This document shows, piece after piece, positions 41,141 to 55,158 of a DNA stretch of 64,000 nt; within the stretch, counting starts at the first letter, position 1; every line of letters begins with the position of its first letter. The DNA lies in contig OX597816.1 in assembly GCA_951406725.2 (NCBI GenBank), forward strand, positions 83,886,001-83,950,000, read 5' to 3'. The notes beneath the pieces are model-generated. The model did no database searches. It saw nothing but the letters and a program-made list of their open reading frames with translations, and was not told where the DNA came from. Origin of the DNA: Octopus vulgaris. Taxonomy: Eukaryota. Both the position numbers and the translations under genes were made by a program.

Positions 41141-42362
41141 TGATGGGTGGAGGGGAGAAAAGAAATATATTAATCAGACATAAACTGAGATGTGAAGAGC
41201 TGAAAACAATTTTGATCACCATTGACTGACGTAATCCATTTAAAAAAAATAATTTTTCGTGTATGTAGAACGAGTAATGTATGTATGTGTCTGCGTATAT
41301 GTAATTTCTCCTCACTTTCATTTTTCTCTCTCATACTTTCTTTAATTCTTTCTTCTCCCCCTTCACCGTTCCCTATCTGTCCGTCTCTTTCTCACTCTTC
41401 CCCCTTACTCTCTCTCTCGTTGCTCTCACGGGGCCATCGGCCATCTTTCTTTTCCTAACTTGAACTTCTTTCTTTCCTTTTGATCTGCCACACAGATCAC
41501 ACGCATTCTTGTCTGTCTCCTCTTCTATCTTTACTCATGTCGGAGTTTGTTTCTCCAGGGTTAGCCACCTCACTTCGTTATAGCTTAGCAGCCCTTACTG
41601 TTTGTTTTCACTGTTCTGTAAATCCCAAATTTTATTATGCTTTGCGGGAGCAACTGTTTTCTCAATGAAACATCTTGTAACTGCTCGAAATGTGGAGTAG
41701 ATAATCAGCCTACAGCTGATGAAGGGTCGTTCTTTATGTCTAGTTTTACATTTTTCTCAATCCTTATTCGCAAAAAAGTTCGTATTCCTTTGTTTTCGTA
41801 TTTCGTATTTTATGTTGTTTACGTTTTATGACGTCCTGTACCCATTTATGCATGTATATGTATGTGCATATATGTATGTATATATGCATATATATATATT
41901 TATATATATTATTTTTACTTATATATTGTTTATTCATTTTTTTTTACTTTTTGTGATCTAGTTATATGTTTTATAAAAAATTTTCTTTTTCTTTATGATT
42001 TGGTTTATGACTATCATTATTTGAATTACATAATAGTGTTTTTTCTTTAATTTATATATATATATGTATATATTTATTTGTCTGTGTGTGCGTGTGTGTG
42101 TGTAACTTACAGTAATTCAAGTAGGCTTACAGTCGACCGATCCGCAGGTTGTGTGTGAATATGTGGGTATGTGAGTGCGTATGTGTGTGTAGTGCTTATA
42201 AGGAAGACAATTCGATAAGCGAGTTTGATTAATGTATTTATGGGTGTGTATGTTTTTCTCTCTTTCTTTCTCTATTATCTGCATTCGCCCAAGTTTGAGT
42301 GCATTCGCATAGCTGTAATACACACATACATACACACACACACACACACATACATATAGATA

Positions 42363-42420
<58 letters not shown>

Positions 42421-43333
42421 ATATCTATACACACATTTGACAGAGAGTGTGAGAGAGAAAAAGGTAAAGATACTCGCCTACAAACATATAACACATATAC
42501 ATATAAAGGCAGATAAGTTTATATAATCATACATCAATATAAATATCACAAAATAAATACGCGCACCCACGCACATATACACACACTCATAAACACACGC
42601 ACATGTATTACACAAATACCTGCCCAATAGCATTTTATATTCACTGATGCAGGAACATATATAACAAAATCGTGACAAGCTTTTTAGGCTGACGCCTATT
42701 AACAACTACAATAGGACAATAACAGCAACAACAACTACAAATGCAATATCTGTGAATACAACCAAAACACGACAACGGTAACATTGAGAAGTTCAATAAA
42801 AGTGACCATTATGTAAAATACCTTCTCACCCCACATATCTCCCTTATTTGTAGAGGGTTATTATTGTTGTTCTTACTATTGTTGTTGTCGTGATGTGTTT
42901 GTTTTACTTTATCAGAGAACACTAGAATAGCTCAGCTGACTTGAATGACTTGAATCGGGAGCAGATACAGAAAGGATTAAATGGCGCTAACTTACACATA
43001 CATACACAAACGCACGTGTCACGATTATCACCAGCATGATCCTCCTCTTTCTTACACATACACATACACACACCCACACGCACACAAAACACACATAAAC
43101 ACACACACTCACTCTCATACATGTAAACATATACTTATAGGTGCGCCTGAATGAACTTGTATTGAATTCTCATTATCTTAGTTGTAGAATTGCAGGCTAC
43201 AACTCATCCACAGTTAATTATGTGTGCGTGTTTCTTTTATCTACAGTTATATAGAAAAACAGTCAAACATTACACTCAAGTATTACTCAATATTTTCAGG
43301 AGGGTGCCATACGTATTTTATTTCTAAAAGTTC

Positions 43334-43486
43334 GGCGTGTGGTAAGTAGCTTGCTAACCAACCACATGGTTCCGGGTTCAATCCCACTGCGTGGCATCTT
43401 GGGCAAGTGTCTTCTGCTATAGCCCCGGGCCGATCAATGCCTTGTGAGTGGATTTGGTAGGCGGAAACTGAAAGAAGCCTGTCGTA

Positions 43487-43545
<59 letters not shown>

Positions 43546-43765
43546 TTGTGTGTCTGTGGTTGTCCCCCTAGCATTGCTTGACAACCGATGCTGGTGTGTT
43601 TACGTCCCCGTCACCTAGCGGTTCGGCAAAAAGAGACCGATAGAATAAGTACTGGGCTTACAAAAGAATAAGTCCCGGGGTCGATTTTGCTCGACTAAAG
43701 GCGGTGCTCCAGCATGGCCGCAGTCAAATGACTGAAACAAGTAAAAGAGTAAAGAATAAAAGAGA
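43334..43765 (+). mobile_element. Near full-length, well-preserved SINE family B
   Basis: Collinear with 30423-30833; tail gtaaaagagtaaagaataaaagag. Confidence 0.92.
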
Positions 43766-44644
43766 GTTACTTGGAATAACTTCGAATATATATATGCACG
43801 TGTGTGTGAGTGTGTGGTTAATTTGATTTCTTGTGATAAACATCAACACTTCAGGAGCTAAATCATATTGCAGAAACGAATCACGAATCATTTATGTAAA
43901 ACACATTTTACTCTTTAACTTGCTGAGTCTTGAGGAAACACCAGTGGCCATGACACTTACGAGTTCTCCGAAACCCGTGTGCTTATATGCCGCTAATATG
44001 ACTTTCGAAATGTTGCGAGTCAAAATCTAAAAGGAAAAAATTACATGTACAGAGAGAAGATTCAAGAACGACCGATAACTTGAGAACGAAGGACTAGACA
44101 TGAGGCTTGTGTGCTAACAAGACTGGTTGAAATAGGGGCGTTATCTCGAAAGATGAATACTTTAAGGATGCATGACTGGAAGAAATACGAGATCAGTCAG
44201 CTGCGAGGAACAAAAGCCGAAATAGTAGCAATAAGAAATACAGGAGCTGGATCAGAGGCTGGAATGTTATTTCTTCATTTCGTACCTTCGGCAGTACGGA
44301 CATTATACAGATGCAAACCAATGGAGAAAGTTTCAATTTATGATCAATGAAAATAGTCTTATCACAAAAGTGGTTGTGCGGAAGATGAAATGGCAAATGG
44401 AAGAATACAAAGGGAAGGATGAAGGAATATTTATACAATGAAGAATATGCAATTTCTATAAGTAATCGGGTGTGGGAAAAGAAGCTTTACTGGAAGTGCA
44501 GATTACAGTTGAAATATCAAGTACCAGACAGTTTTGTTTCTTTGTAACAATAACCAGTCGATCTACTTGGTTATATATACATGTATTTTATAACACATAC
44601 ATATTATACACACACATAATGAGTATATGTGAGGGTATATATAC

Positions 44645-44702
<58 letters not shown>

Positions 44703-44772
44703 ATACATACATACAAATATATATAAATATATGTGTATATGTGTGTGTATGCATATGTATGTCTGCATATTG

Positions 44773-44807
<35 letters not shown>

Positions 44808-44893
44808 TGTATTTAAGATATTTTGCTTACTAATTATATTCTATATAACAGTCACACCCTTTCATGTAACTACTTTCTGTCTTGAACAATGAA

Positions 44894-44948
<55 letters not shown>

Positions 44949-45057
44949 GTTATTATTGTTATTGTTGTTGTTGTTGTTGTTGTTATTATTATTATAATCA
45001 TCATTATTATTATTATCATCATTATCATTATCATTATTATTATGAGTGTTGTTTAAG

Positions 45058-46130
45058 ATGATGAGCTGGCAGAATCGTAAGCACACCGAACAGAATTGTC
45101 AACGGCATTTCTTCCAGGTTTTTATGTTCCAAATTCAAATGCCACCAAGTTCAATTTTGCCTTTAATGCTCTCGTGGGCCATAGGATAAAGTAGCAGTTG
45201 GAATTGCTCATATCGAGACCAACTGCTCTCCCATGCATGATCACTGGTCTTCTACCTAAATAAGACAAACAATATTGTTATTGTTAAAGCGCCGAATTGG
45301 CAGAGTTGTTAAAAAATGGGAGAAAATATGTAGCAACATGTCTTCTTGCCTTCGGACTCCATAAGATAAAGTAGCGGTCAAGGACTGAGGCCACCTGAAT
45401 CGATAAATCCTATCTCCAAATTTCTAAGCTTATGCCATGTTAAAACAATGACTCGATGGTTTCTGACCTTATACCATTTTGATATAACGGGTCTATGTTT
45501 TCGATTTATCTCCTCCCCTCAGAATTATTGGCTTCATGCCAAGATTAGAAACCATTTTTGTTGTTAATATGCGAAGTATGTGAAGTTGAAGAATCAGTAA
45601 AGTGTCGAACCAAATGTCTTGTGGTGTTTGTTCCGTTTCATTTTACATCCTGATTTCTGACTGGTAACATTGCCTTTGATCACTCCAGGATCGATAAAAG
45701 GAAGTACCATTCAAGTATTGAGGTCGACTGAATCGATTAACACTATTGACCTATTTCTGACCTTATATCATGTTGAATCAACTGTACAATGTTTGGAAAG
45801 TCTTTTGGGAGACGAAATGCTTTGCAATCTTTCTTCTAATATTTTACTTCCTCAAGGCGGCGAGCTGGCAGAAACATTAGCACGTGGGTTGAAATACCTA
45901 GTGGTACTTCATCTATCTTTACGTTCTGAGTTCAAATTCCTCCAAAGTCGACTTTACCTTTCATCTTTTCGGGGGCAAATAAATTAAGTACCAGTTGCGT
46001 ACTAGGATCGATCTAATCGACGTGTCCCCTCCTCAAAGTTTTCGGGCCTTGTGCCTAGAGTAGAAAAGAATATTTTACCTCCTCAGTTCAATTCTTACTA
46101 AAGCCAATCTCTGCCTTGAATTCATTCAAA
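45058..46130 (+). mobile_element. Head-to-tail stack of old SINE family A copies
   Basis: Degenerate heads at ~45060, ~45290, ~45575 and ~45770; the first three are followed by 'gataaa-gta[g/c]c' core remnants. Confidence 0.65.
45856..46068 (+). mobile_element. Younger SINE family A nested in an older A copy
   Basis: 17-bp TSD aatattttac[t/c]tcctca at 45838-45854 and 46069-46085. Confidence 0.9.
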
Positions 46131-46135
46131 GTGAA

Positions 46136-46440
46136 GGCGCATGGCTTAGTTGTTAGAGTATTCTGTTCACGATTGTAAGGTCCTGATTTCGATTCCAGGT
46201 GGTGCGTTGTATCTTTGAATAACACCCTTTATTTTACGTTACTCCAAACTTGTAAGCTAGTAGAAATAAGTTGTACCTTTAATACAAAAGACCAGCCTTA
46301 TGACATTATGCGTCACACTGATTCTCTCTGAAAGAGTGCACGTGTCTGAGGAGTGCTCAGCCACTTGCACGTCAATTGCACTGGCAGACTGTTCCATTGA
46401 TCGGATCAACAGGAACCTTTATCGCCGTGACCGACGGAGT
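46136..46440 (+). mobile_element. Full-length SINE family C
   Basis: ggcgcatggcttagttgttag...atttcgattcc head, ending gaccgacggagt. Confidence 0.88.
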
Positions 46441-47411
46441 ATACGTTCATGTTTGAAAAAAAAAAAAATTACCAGCCATGTACTAGAGTCAATATCATCA
46501 TTGTTACTTCCAGCTCTAACAAATTGTTGGCCTTCTTTCTAAATCAGAGAATTTCTAAATCGATGTACTTACGTGAGAAACTTTTTTTCATGCGGGGTGA
46601 GAAATAAAACGGGTGAGAATGTCAAACACGAATATATACACATGAAATTTGTACCGGGTGCAATTTCCTCTGTGATGCATAGGGTAGTGTGATATCCTTT
46701 ATGTATCCGTTAAATATTAACCTGAAATAGCATTGGATTTCTATTGGATGAAGCATTAACCTCGTACACCTATAAAATTAGATATTCTCTTTGACACCGC
46801 TTGCTAAAGAGCTCATGGCTACAAGATTAATGTCGTCTAGCTCGCTGCATAACAACAGAAGAGACTTTCAATTTGATTCACCGTGGGACAGTTAAATAAG
46901 CACAAGTAGGTTAATGAGATCGATATTGACGTTTAAACAGACTCTTTAAAACAAAAATTATGAAAAAAGAAACGAAAACAAGTTAGATTTCACCTAAGTC
47001 CAGTTTTTGAAGTAGAAAACTAGGCATAAAGTACGAGTATTTACAATTAGACTGAGATCATCGAAGAATATGTGTATGCGTATGTGTGTGTTGTCTATGT
47101 ATGTATGTATGTATATATGCATGTATGTGTCTGTCTAGCATATTTATACATATTTCTGTTTATACGTACACATACATATATATCTTGTTGTACTTATGTA
47201 TGAATGCGTGTGCATGTGTGTGTGGATGCACACACACACATATATATATATATATGATGATGATGATGATGATGATGATGATGGTGATGAGGATGATGAT
47301 GATGATGGTGACGATGATGATGATGATGAGGAGGATGAGGATTCCCATATGATTCTCTATCGATCAACAATATACTTTGACCGCCCTCTTGAGCTCCATA
47401 AATAAAGTTTA

Positions 47412-47533
47412 TATCGACCCCAGTGCGTAACTGGTACTTAATTCATCGACCCCGAAATGATGAAAGGCAAAGTCGGCCTCCGCGGAATTTGAACGCAGAA
47501 CGTAGCGATGGGCGAAATACCGCTAGACATTTC

Positions 47534-47534
<1 letters not shown>
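47412..47534 (-). mobile_element. SINE family A internal fragment abutting (TAG)n
   Basis: Reverse complement of the family A core. Confidence 0.85.
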
Positions 47535-47620
<86 letters not shown>

Positions 47621-47624
47621 ACGG

Positions 47625-47923
47625 CAATTGGAAGTGGGAAATACAAAGGTTGTGGTCTATGAGGAGAGTAGACGTGATACCAATAGTAATAGGCGCACTT
47701 GGAAGTATCAGCACCCAACTACCAGCATGACTCAAAAAGCTTGATACAAATGTAGAGATAAAACACCTAAAAAAAAAAATCAGCATTGCTTGAAACTGCA
47801 AGAATTTTTCTCATGGTTCTTGAAACTTGACCAGTAAGCGAGTGTTACCTTAGTCTGCTGGCTGGGGACAGCTGACTATTTCCATCGTACCCAGCAACAT
47901 AAGCTGAGAGCTTTCATCAAATG

Positions 47924-47997
<74 letters not shown>
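47625..47997 (+). mobile_element. 3' end of a Dong/R4-like LINE with (TAA)n tail
   Basis: KWEIQRLWSMRRVDVIPIVIGALGSISTQLPA*LKKL...(frameshift) SALLETARIFLMVLET*, then a ~90-nt UTR and (TAA)n at 47924-47997. Confidence 0.85.
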
Positions 47998-47998
<1 letters not shown>

Positions 47999-48490
47999 GC
48001 CATGTAAAGATGGGCTACAGCAAATATTCTGCTCAATACCACAGATTTGCTTGTCAGTTGTTTGACCTTAACCAGTTGAGCATGTCCCTTAGTGGCTGAT
48101 GATATGTGCATCTCTGATCACAAGCAGAAGTAGTGGGGGAGTATCATAGCCATGTGTTGAGAGGGAGTCTTTGGGGTTTGAATAATTCACCTCTGGAAAC
48201 ATGGGTATTTCGTTCAACATCCTTAAACAACCCTTACTCAGGGACCTTTTGAGCAGGATGGGTTACTCGACCAGAAGAAAATTCTAACTGGGCCCCACCA
48301 GCAAGGTCATGTGCTGTTTATCTTGATATGAGATCATCATGTCGCGCACATATGGTTGTGATGCATGTGCCTGGTGTACCCTTATCAGACGGGTAGTCAT
48401 GATGGGTATACTGGACTTCGTATATTTTACCCCAGTGTTACTTTGATGGCATGCACTGCTCTCTCACTCAATGATAATAATAATAATAAT
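47998..48490 (+). mobile_element. ~470-bp non-coding retroposon-like insert bounded by (TAA)n on both sides
   Basis: Complex, higher-GC segment that starts right after the (TAA)n tract and ends ctctctcactcaatgataataataat. Confidence 0.6.
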
Positions 48491-49071
48491 AGACACAATA
48501 CAAGGCTTGAAATTGTGCAGGATGGGGCTGGTTATTTACGCCGTTTCCAATGCTCAACTGGGACTTACATCATTAACTCCAGAAAGGATGAAAGACAAAG
48601 TCTGTCTGAGTGGAATTTGAACTCACTTTCGAAATGAGCCGGAAGAAATAACTCAGCTTTCTGGGAGTCGAAACTATATCAATAGATGTCATTATTTTGA
48701 AATTATCGGTTATAATATGGATGGAATACACCTCTTCCGTACTATAAATCGCTGGCACACTGCCAATGTTTCAGCAACCAGCGCCAATGCCACCATCACT
48801 AGCACCATATCTACTGCTGCCCCCACCACCACTTTCACTATACGGCTGCTCCCATGATTTGGGAATGGCGGAAATAACAGGATGGCAAAGTAAATGTTTG
48901 TATTTAGATACCTACTTTGTTATCTGGAGAACACTGGCTTACAGTAGCCAATTTACAGGCTGAGAGACATTGATGAACAGATAACAACTGATGTCTAATT
49001 CTCTAAAATGCCCGCCTCTCACCTCTAAATATTTTTTGACCCATACTAATTTAAGATGTAACAATTGCTTA

Positions 49072-49268
49072 TTCTTTTCTACTCAAGGCAGAAGGTTCGA
49101 AATTTTGGGGGAAGAGGTCAGTCGATTAGATCGATCACAGCACGCAACTGGTACTAAATTTATCGACCCCGAAAGGATGAAAGCAAAGTCGGCCTCGGCG
49201 GAATTTGAACTCAGAACCTAAAGACAGACGAAATACCACTAAGCATTTCGCTTGGCGTGCTAACGATT
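49072..49268 (-). mobile_element. SINE family A
   Basis: Reverse complement of the 5142-5351 type, lacking the first ~18 nt. Confidence 0.88.
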
Positions 49269-49477
49269 GGTAATAATGTTTTGCACACCTACAGCTACCT
49301 ACATAAATGCATATAATATATATGAACGCACATATACACAAATGCATATACACGCATGCATACTTTGGCATACATTCCTATACATAGGTACGTACAAACA
49401 TACATGCAATATGTATAGATACATACTTACAGACACACACATGTATATACGCACATATAGGACACATACACACGCAC

Positions 49478-49556
<79 letters not shown>

Positions 49557-49628
49557 CATACACACTCATTCAAATATACTCAATATACACACGTACATAC
49601 ATATTCACTTTCATATACATGTATACTC

Positions 49629-49676
<48 letters not shown>

Positions 49677-49884
49677 AGGTGTTTGTGTGTGTAATTGTAT
49701 ATATTTGTGTGCTGCGCACGCGCAAGTGTGCGTGTGTGTATAAAATGTTTTTGATGGAGAAGCAGAGACATTCGTGAATGAATAATTTGAAGTCTCTTTA
49801 GTGTCATGTACGAAACTCTCAGACTTTTAGTCACTTTTGAAACGTTCTCCTGATTAAAAACAAAACAAACTAATTAAAATATTG

Positions 49885-49934
<50 letters not shown>

Positions 49935-50435
49935 TGCATGAAGCTTTATTCCTATTTATCTTACCACATACATACAATACAGATACAAAACACACAAACA
50001 TATCTGCAAACATTAGAATAAATATAGTTATCACGGACATTATAATGAACTTTTCATAACGTTTTCAATCCTATTATAATTGTATGCTATTTTATTTTTA
50101 ATATAAAATTACGTAAATGTCAATTTAATTACGGTTAAAGCATGACTAATTAGCTAGCTGGTTGTCCGTCTGGCTGGTTGGCTGAGTGGCAGGCAGGCAG
50201 GTAGGGCCTATGTATTGCCGAATGTACACATTTATTAAACAAGTGAATCATTCATGGTTGCGGGGAATATTTTCAGTATTAAATTATGACAAAATAAAGT
50301 GTTTTCATATTAGATTTAGAAAACACATTTTCATAATGATAAATCATCCAGAGACTATCAAAGCAATTTTATTAAAACACATTTATATATTTTTATTGTC
50401 GCTGTAAAATATAGGAAAATGCAATCTTGTAATAG

Positions 50436-50510
<75 letters not shown>

Positions 50511-50777
50511 TGATGATGATGATAATAAAAAGCAATTGTTTCAATTATTTTTCCCACCAGGACTCATCGAATACTTAGAATAACGTGTTACAAAGTGTGA
50601 GGAAATGTGTATACATAGTTATATTAAAAGAGCAATGGTGTTATACAATATATCAAGAGATATTAGAAATTCGTAAAATGCACGTAAATTGCATTGTATA
50701 TATATATATATATATATACGAATATATATAGATCGATTGATAGATAGTTAGATAGATATGGATATATATATATATAT

Positions 50778-50905
50778 ATCATGTGAACAAGTGATTGAAG
50801 TGATCGAGCAGATTATCAGATGTTGTTATACATCGCTGGTTACAATGCACTTTGTATCGTTTACCTTTCGAATGATACCACCCCGGTGGCTAGGCAAGCT
50901 GGCCT
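50778..50905 (-). mobile_element. Short repeat, probable RTE-type LINE 3' end
   Basis: Diverged reverse complement of 57706-57820. Confidence 0.6.
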
Positions 50906-52681
50906 ACAAGTATATATATATGTGTGTGTGTGTGTGTATGTGTGTGTTTGTGCGTGTGTGTGGCTATGTGTGCCTATGCATTTGTGAAACTAGTAAGAGC
51001 AACCACATACACATTAGTTCGAAATAACCCAGCTGTTAGAATGGTAGTCAATAAGTAACATCTCATTTTTGCTCTGTTGTATCTCTAGAAGCTCAAAGCC
51101 TGTTTCAAAACTCGAATTTACATCAAGAATCTTGCAAGTAGTAGATTGCTAATGAGAATCAAACCATGTTTGTAATTTTGCTGGATATCTTCTTCCAGGA
51201 CTTCTTCAAGAGCTTTTATCAGCCTTCCGTTGACGATTCAAAGGACTGGGAACTTTATTCAGTTGTTCCTAGATATATGCTCTCTCATATCTTCATTAAT
51301 TTTACTCTTGGATTCTGTATCTATTTCGTATGGGGAAGAGTGTAGCACTTTTCTTCCAGTCTCATCGGCGGTTTGCCAACTGTAGCTATCCACCACATAG
51401 TAACCATCGACGCAAAACAATTAATTGATACTTGATCTTTCCCAGATGACACCGTAATTGTCAATTCCTGACACTGACGACAAGACAATTTCTCCGCTAA
51501 TGTCAGAGCTGCCATTAGAGCAGCAGTGGAAACAGGTACGAGTATTTTCATTGTGTTCTTATGGTGTTCTGCTGGTTCCAACTATTTTTCTTGGATATTC
51601 TATCATCTCAAGGAGTAAATCATTTAAGCAAATCTCACACCTCCACATACGAAACCGTGTGGGTCTCTACCTTGCACCACTTTCTTTATCGCTTTTCTGT
51701 CTGAACTCACACTGGGGTACAACTTCAGGATTATTCTCTAATCTCCAGATTCTAAACATCAGAAATTTTGTGCCCATGAAAAACTTACCTGACCCCATTT
51801 CTTTTCGCGTCACATGGGCGCTCATCAGCTGACGTGGTGTGACAAAGGTAAAGATGAGCTAAGGATCAACAGCGTAAACGTTGTCTCTTGCTGTGACACA
51901 GGTGTTATCCATTTCGACTTTATTTCTTGCTCTGTCTCCAATTTTGAAGGCCAGGCACTCACTTTTCAATAACCTACTCCTATCGATGGTACCGTAAGTG
52001 TTTCTTTTCTATTGTCCACTCTTTGATAAATTCCACGGAATAAACAAAAAAGACAAAAGGAGAAACTTCAAAATAAAAAGAACAGACATGCTGTTCATCC
52101 CACGTATCAAGTGGACAAACCTTTCGAAGGCTCTTGTACATAAAAGTTTTTGTCCAATAACAACAACGAAATTAACAGCAACAACAACAGCAACATTGTT
52201 AACAACAACAATAACAAGAGCAAAGATTATGATGACGGTAGTATTGCTTGTTAGAGGAGATGATGATGATAATGATGATGATGATTATGTTGACGACGAC
52301 GACGATGAATTAGATGACAACTTCTCATTTTAATTTGGAGTGTCAACTTCAAAAAAGAATAAAAATTCAGAAACAGCTATTTTATGAACTCTGAAAATAT
52401 AAAGCATATTATAGAATAAAACCTGTGTGGAATAAAGAAACCACGTGCCTTCATGGCCAAGAATGACGCTTCGAAAGCTGATTGGTCAGAGTCTGATCTC
52501 AATGCGCGGCACATTGTACTGTCTATCATAGTGGCAGGTGAAAGGCCGGACAGTATTTTCGAAGAGATGGAATATGCAAGATGGAAGCTTTCCACACGTC
52601 CGTTGTGTAATATATAAACGAATTAATTCATGCTCTCTCGAAAGTTTATAACATTCTTATGCCATCAAAAGGATATATATA

Positions 52682-52850
52682 GGCGCAAGAGTGGCTATGT
52701 GGTAAGTAGATTCCTTACCAAGCACATGGTTTTGAGTTCAGTCCCACTGCGTGGCACCTTGGTCAAGTGTCGTCTACTATAGCCTCGGGCCGACAAAAGC
52801 CTTGTGAGTGGATTTGGTAGACGGAAACTGAAAAGAAGCCTGTCGTATAA
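52682..52850 (+). mobile_element. SINE family B 5' half
   Basis: ggcgcaagagtggctatgtggtaag...cctgtcgtata; the 3' half is absent. Confidence 0.9.
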
Positions 52851-53786
52851 ATATACATAAACGACGTTTCCAGCGTCGTAAATCACTGCAAAGTAAAAAT
52901 ATTTGCTGATGACACTAAGCTCCAGCAAATCATTAATGAAGAAGAAGACCGAACTCAACTCCAGTCTGATCTATATGCTGTGAGTCAATGGGCAGATAAA
53001 AACAAAATGCAACTAAACGAGGGAAAATTTGAGCTGATGCATTTTGAAAGGAAGTCTATACTAAAACAGCCATACTCTCTTCCTTCAGGGGAACCACTCA
53101 CAGCATCTAATAATATCAGAGACCTAGGTGTAACTGTTGACAACCATCTCAGTTGGAGTGCCCACATTAACAATGAGGTCGATATAGCCCGTAGGATGAG
53201 CTCCTGGATCTTAAGAACCTTCCGGTCTGGAGAACAAGGTGCCATCATTCCACTTTTCTCCTCCTTTACGCGGCCACACCTCGAATACTGCTGCCCCTTG
53301 TGGTTTCCCCATACAAAGCAAAACATCTCGAAAATTGAATCACCCCAGAGGGCACTCACTAAACGAACTGAAGGCATAACTGATTTCGATTACTGGGACC
53401 GCCTTAAAGCCTTGAAACTCTACTCTCTCCAGCACCGCCGCGAGAGGTACATCATTTGTACGATGTGGAGAATATACTGCCAGCATTGCCCAAACGACCT
53501 GAACATTAGTTCCAAGGTTCATTCAAGGCTGGGACCAAAGGTCATACGTCCCCTGCCCAATTCAGGATCACAACATATAGGTACACTGCGGCACAATTTC
53601 TTTTCCTCCACAGGCCCTGCTCTCTTTAACATTGTCCCAAAACTGATCAAAGAGGAAAAGGATCCCATCACCTTTAAACGGAGTCTGGACATATTTCTTC
53701 AAGGAATAACAGATAATCCACCCATACCTGGATATAACTCACTCAGCAAGAACTCACTACTTGAATGGACCATAAACAAAACTTGA
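52851..53786 (+). pseudogene. 5'-truncated CR1-group LINE ORF2 (RT C-terminus); frame open from 52851 to the stop
   Basis: IYINDVSSVVNHCKVKIFADDTKL (RT motif) is in frame with ORF 52980-53786, which contains RDLGV, RPHLEYCCPLW and YWDRLKALKLYSLQHRRER. It is followed by a ~100-nt UTR ending (ct/ca)aagttttat x2. Confidence 0.93.
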
Positions 53787-53879
53787 CTTTAAAAGAATTT
53801 AGATCCTATCAGGTGGGGCTATTAAGTTAGACATGGCCTGGACTAATCTTTGGTCAAAACATATCTAAGTTTTATCAAA

Positions 53880-53914
<35 letters not shown>

Positions 53915-54419
53915 TTATATATATATAGTGTTATATATGTAGTCACGTATTACAGGGTGTGTTTGCATGCATTTATATATAGCGCCTCTGTGTGGCCACC
54001 GTAAGTGAAAACCTGAAAAATCAAAAAGTATCATAGACAATACTGACAGTGTGGCAAAATGGAGCATTTCTGTAAAATATCACCAAATCAGATGATGAAG
54101 CCAGTCTGTCTTGTGTGTATGTCCGTACGCGAGTGTGTGTGCATGTGTGTGTTCTTATATCTGTGTATATAAGGATATAGTAGTGAGTACATGACTGGAT
54201 ACAAAGACACATGTGCATTTATCTATACGTGTAGTTTTATACAATTACACATTAAGATATATAAAAAAACATGTATGTAAATTATTAGTCATATATATGT
54301 ATAAATATTTATATATATGTATATGTATACATATATATTTAAAAATGAATATAGGTGTATATCTATCTATCTATCTATCCATCCATCCATCCATCTATCT
54401 ATCTATCTATATATATATG

Positions 54420-54509
<90 letters not shown>

Positions 54510-54664
54510 CATATATGTACATGAATATATACACGTATGAAAATTACTATTTTTAAATCTCACAACGAGAGATATTGAGCCACAGTACTTTGGAGTAAGG
54601 ATTGTTTGTCAACATAACATGGCAGTCCTGGTTTAGGACGAAAATGTATGAAAATGTATATATA

Positions 54665-54743
<79 letters not shown>

Positions 54744-55158
54744 AAACATATACACAAGCAGAGGCATTCTCATAAACAAATCCATGGATAAATATGTTTC
54801 TTTGTATGGATGGGCACACACACACATACGCACGCACGCAAACACATACACTCACACACACATATGCACGTATATATATATATATATATGGGGTATATAC
54901 TTTAACTTAGTGATAGGGGACTTAAGTATTCTTGGCTGACGTAAATACAATACTACAACATAAGGAGAATCAGAGGAGCAAGGGGAAATAAAATTTAAAC
55001 ATAAAACGGTGCTGCCTCCTCCAAACATAAGCCAGTTATATAATAAATGAAAAGAGCATTTATGTGAAATGTTCCTTAAGGTTTTTTTAAAATTTTCAGC
55101 CATATATGCAAATGTGCCTCTACTACCAGATGTAAAAACAATTGTCCTCTATAAAATA

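Noticed and set aside
41700-41760. CTGATGAAGGG as a hammerhead (likewise CTGACGAGG on the minus strand near 23625)
   Set aside because: No downstream stem II or GAAA; at most half-motifs within repeats.
44040-44560. Possible RTE endonuclease N-terminus (ORF 44111-44350)
   Set aside because: Only a vague resemblance; no catalytic motif can be read with confidence.
47086-47801. Poly-Asp/Met/Val/Leu ORFs
   Set aside because: (GAT)n and (TAG)n tracts plus SINE and LINE fragments.
51784-51960. Consensus splice donor CAG/GTAAGT on the minus strand, suggesting an exon
   Set aside because: No convincing acceptor, recognisable peptide or partner exon; one such match is plausible by chance in 64 kb.
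52985-53522. Minus-strand ORFs of 130 and 60 aa
   Set aside because: Antisense shadows of the CR1-group RT frame.
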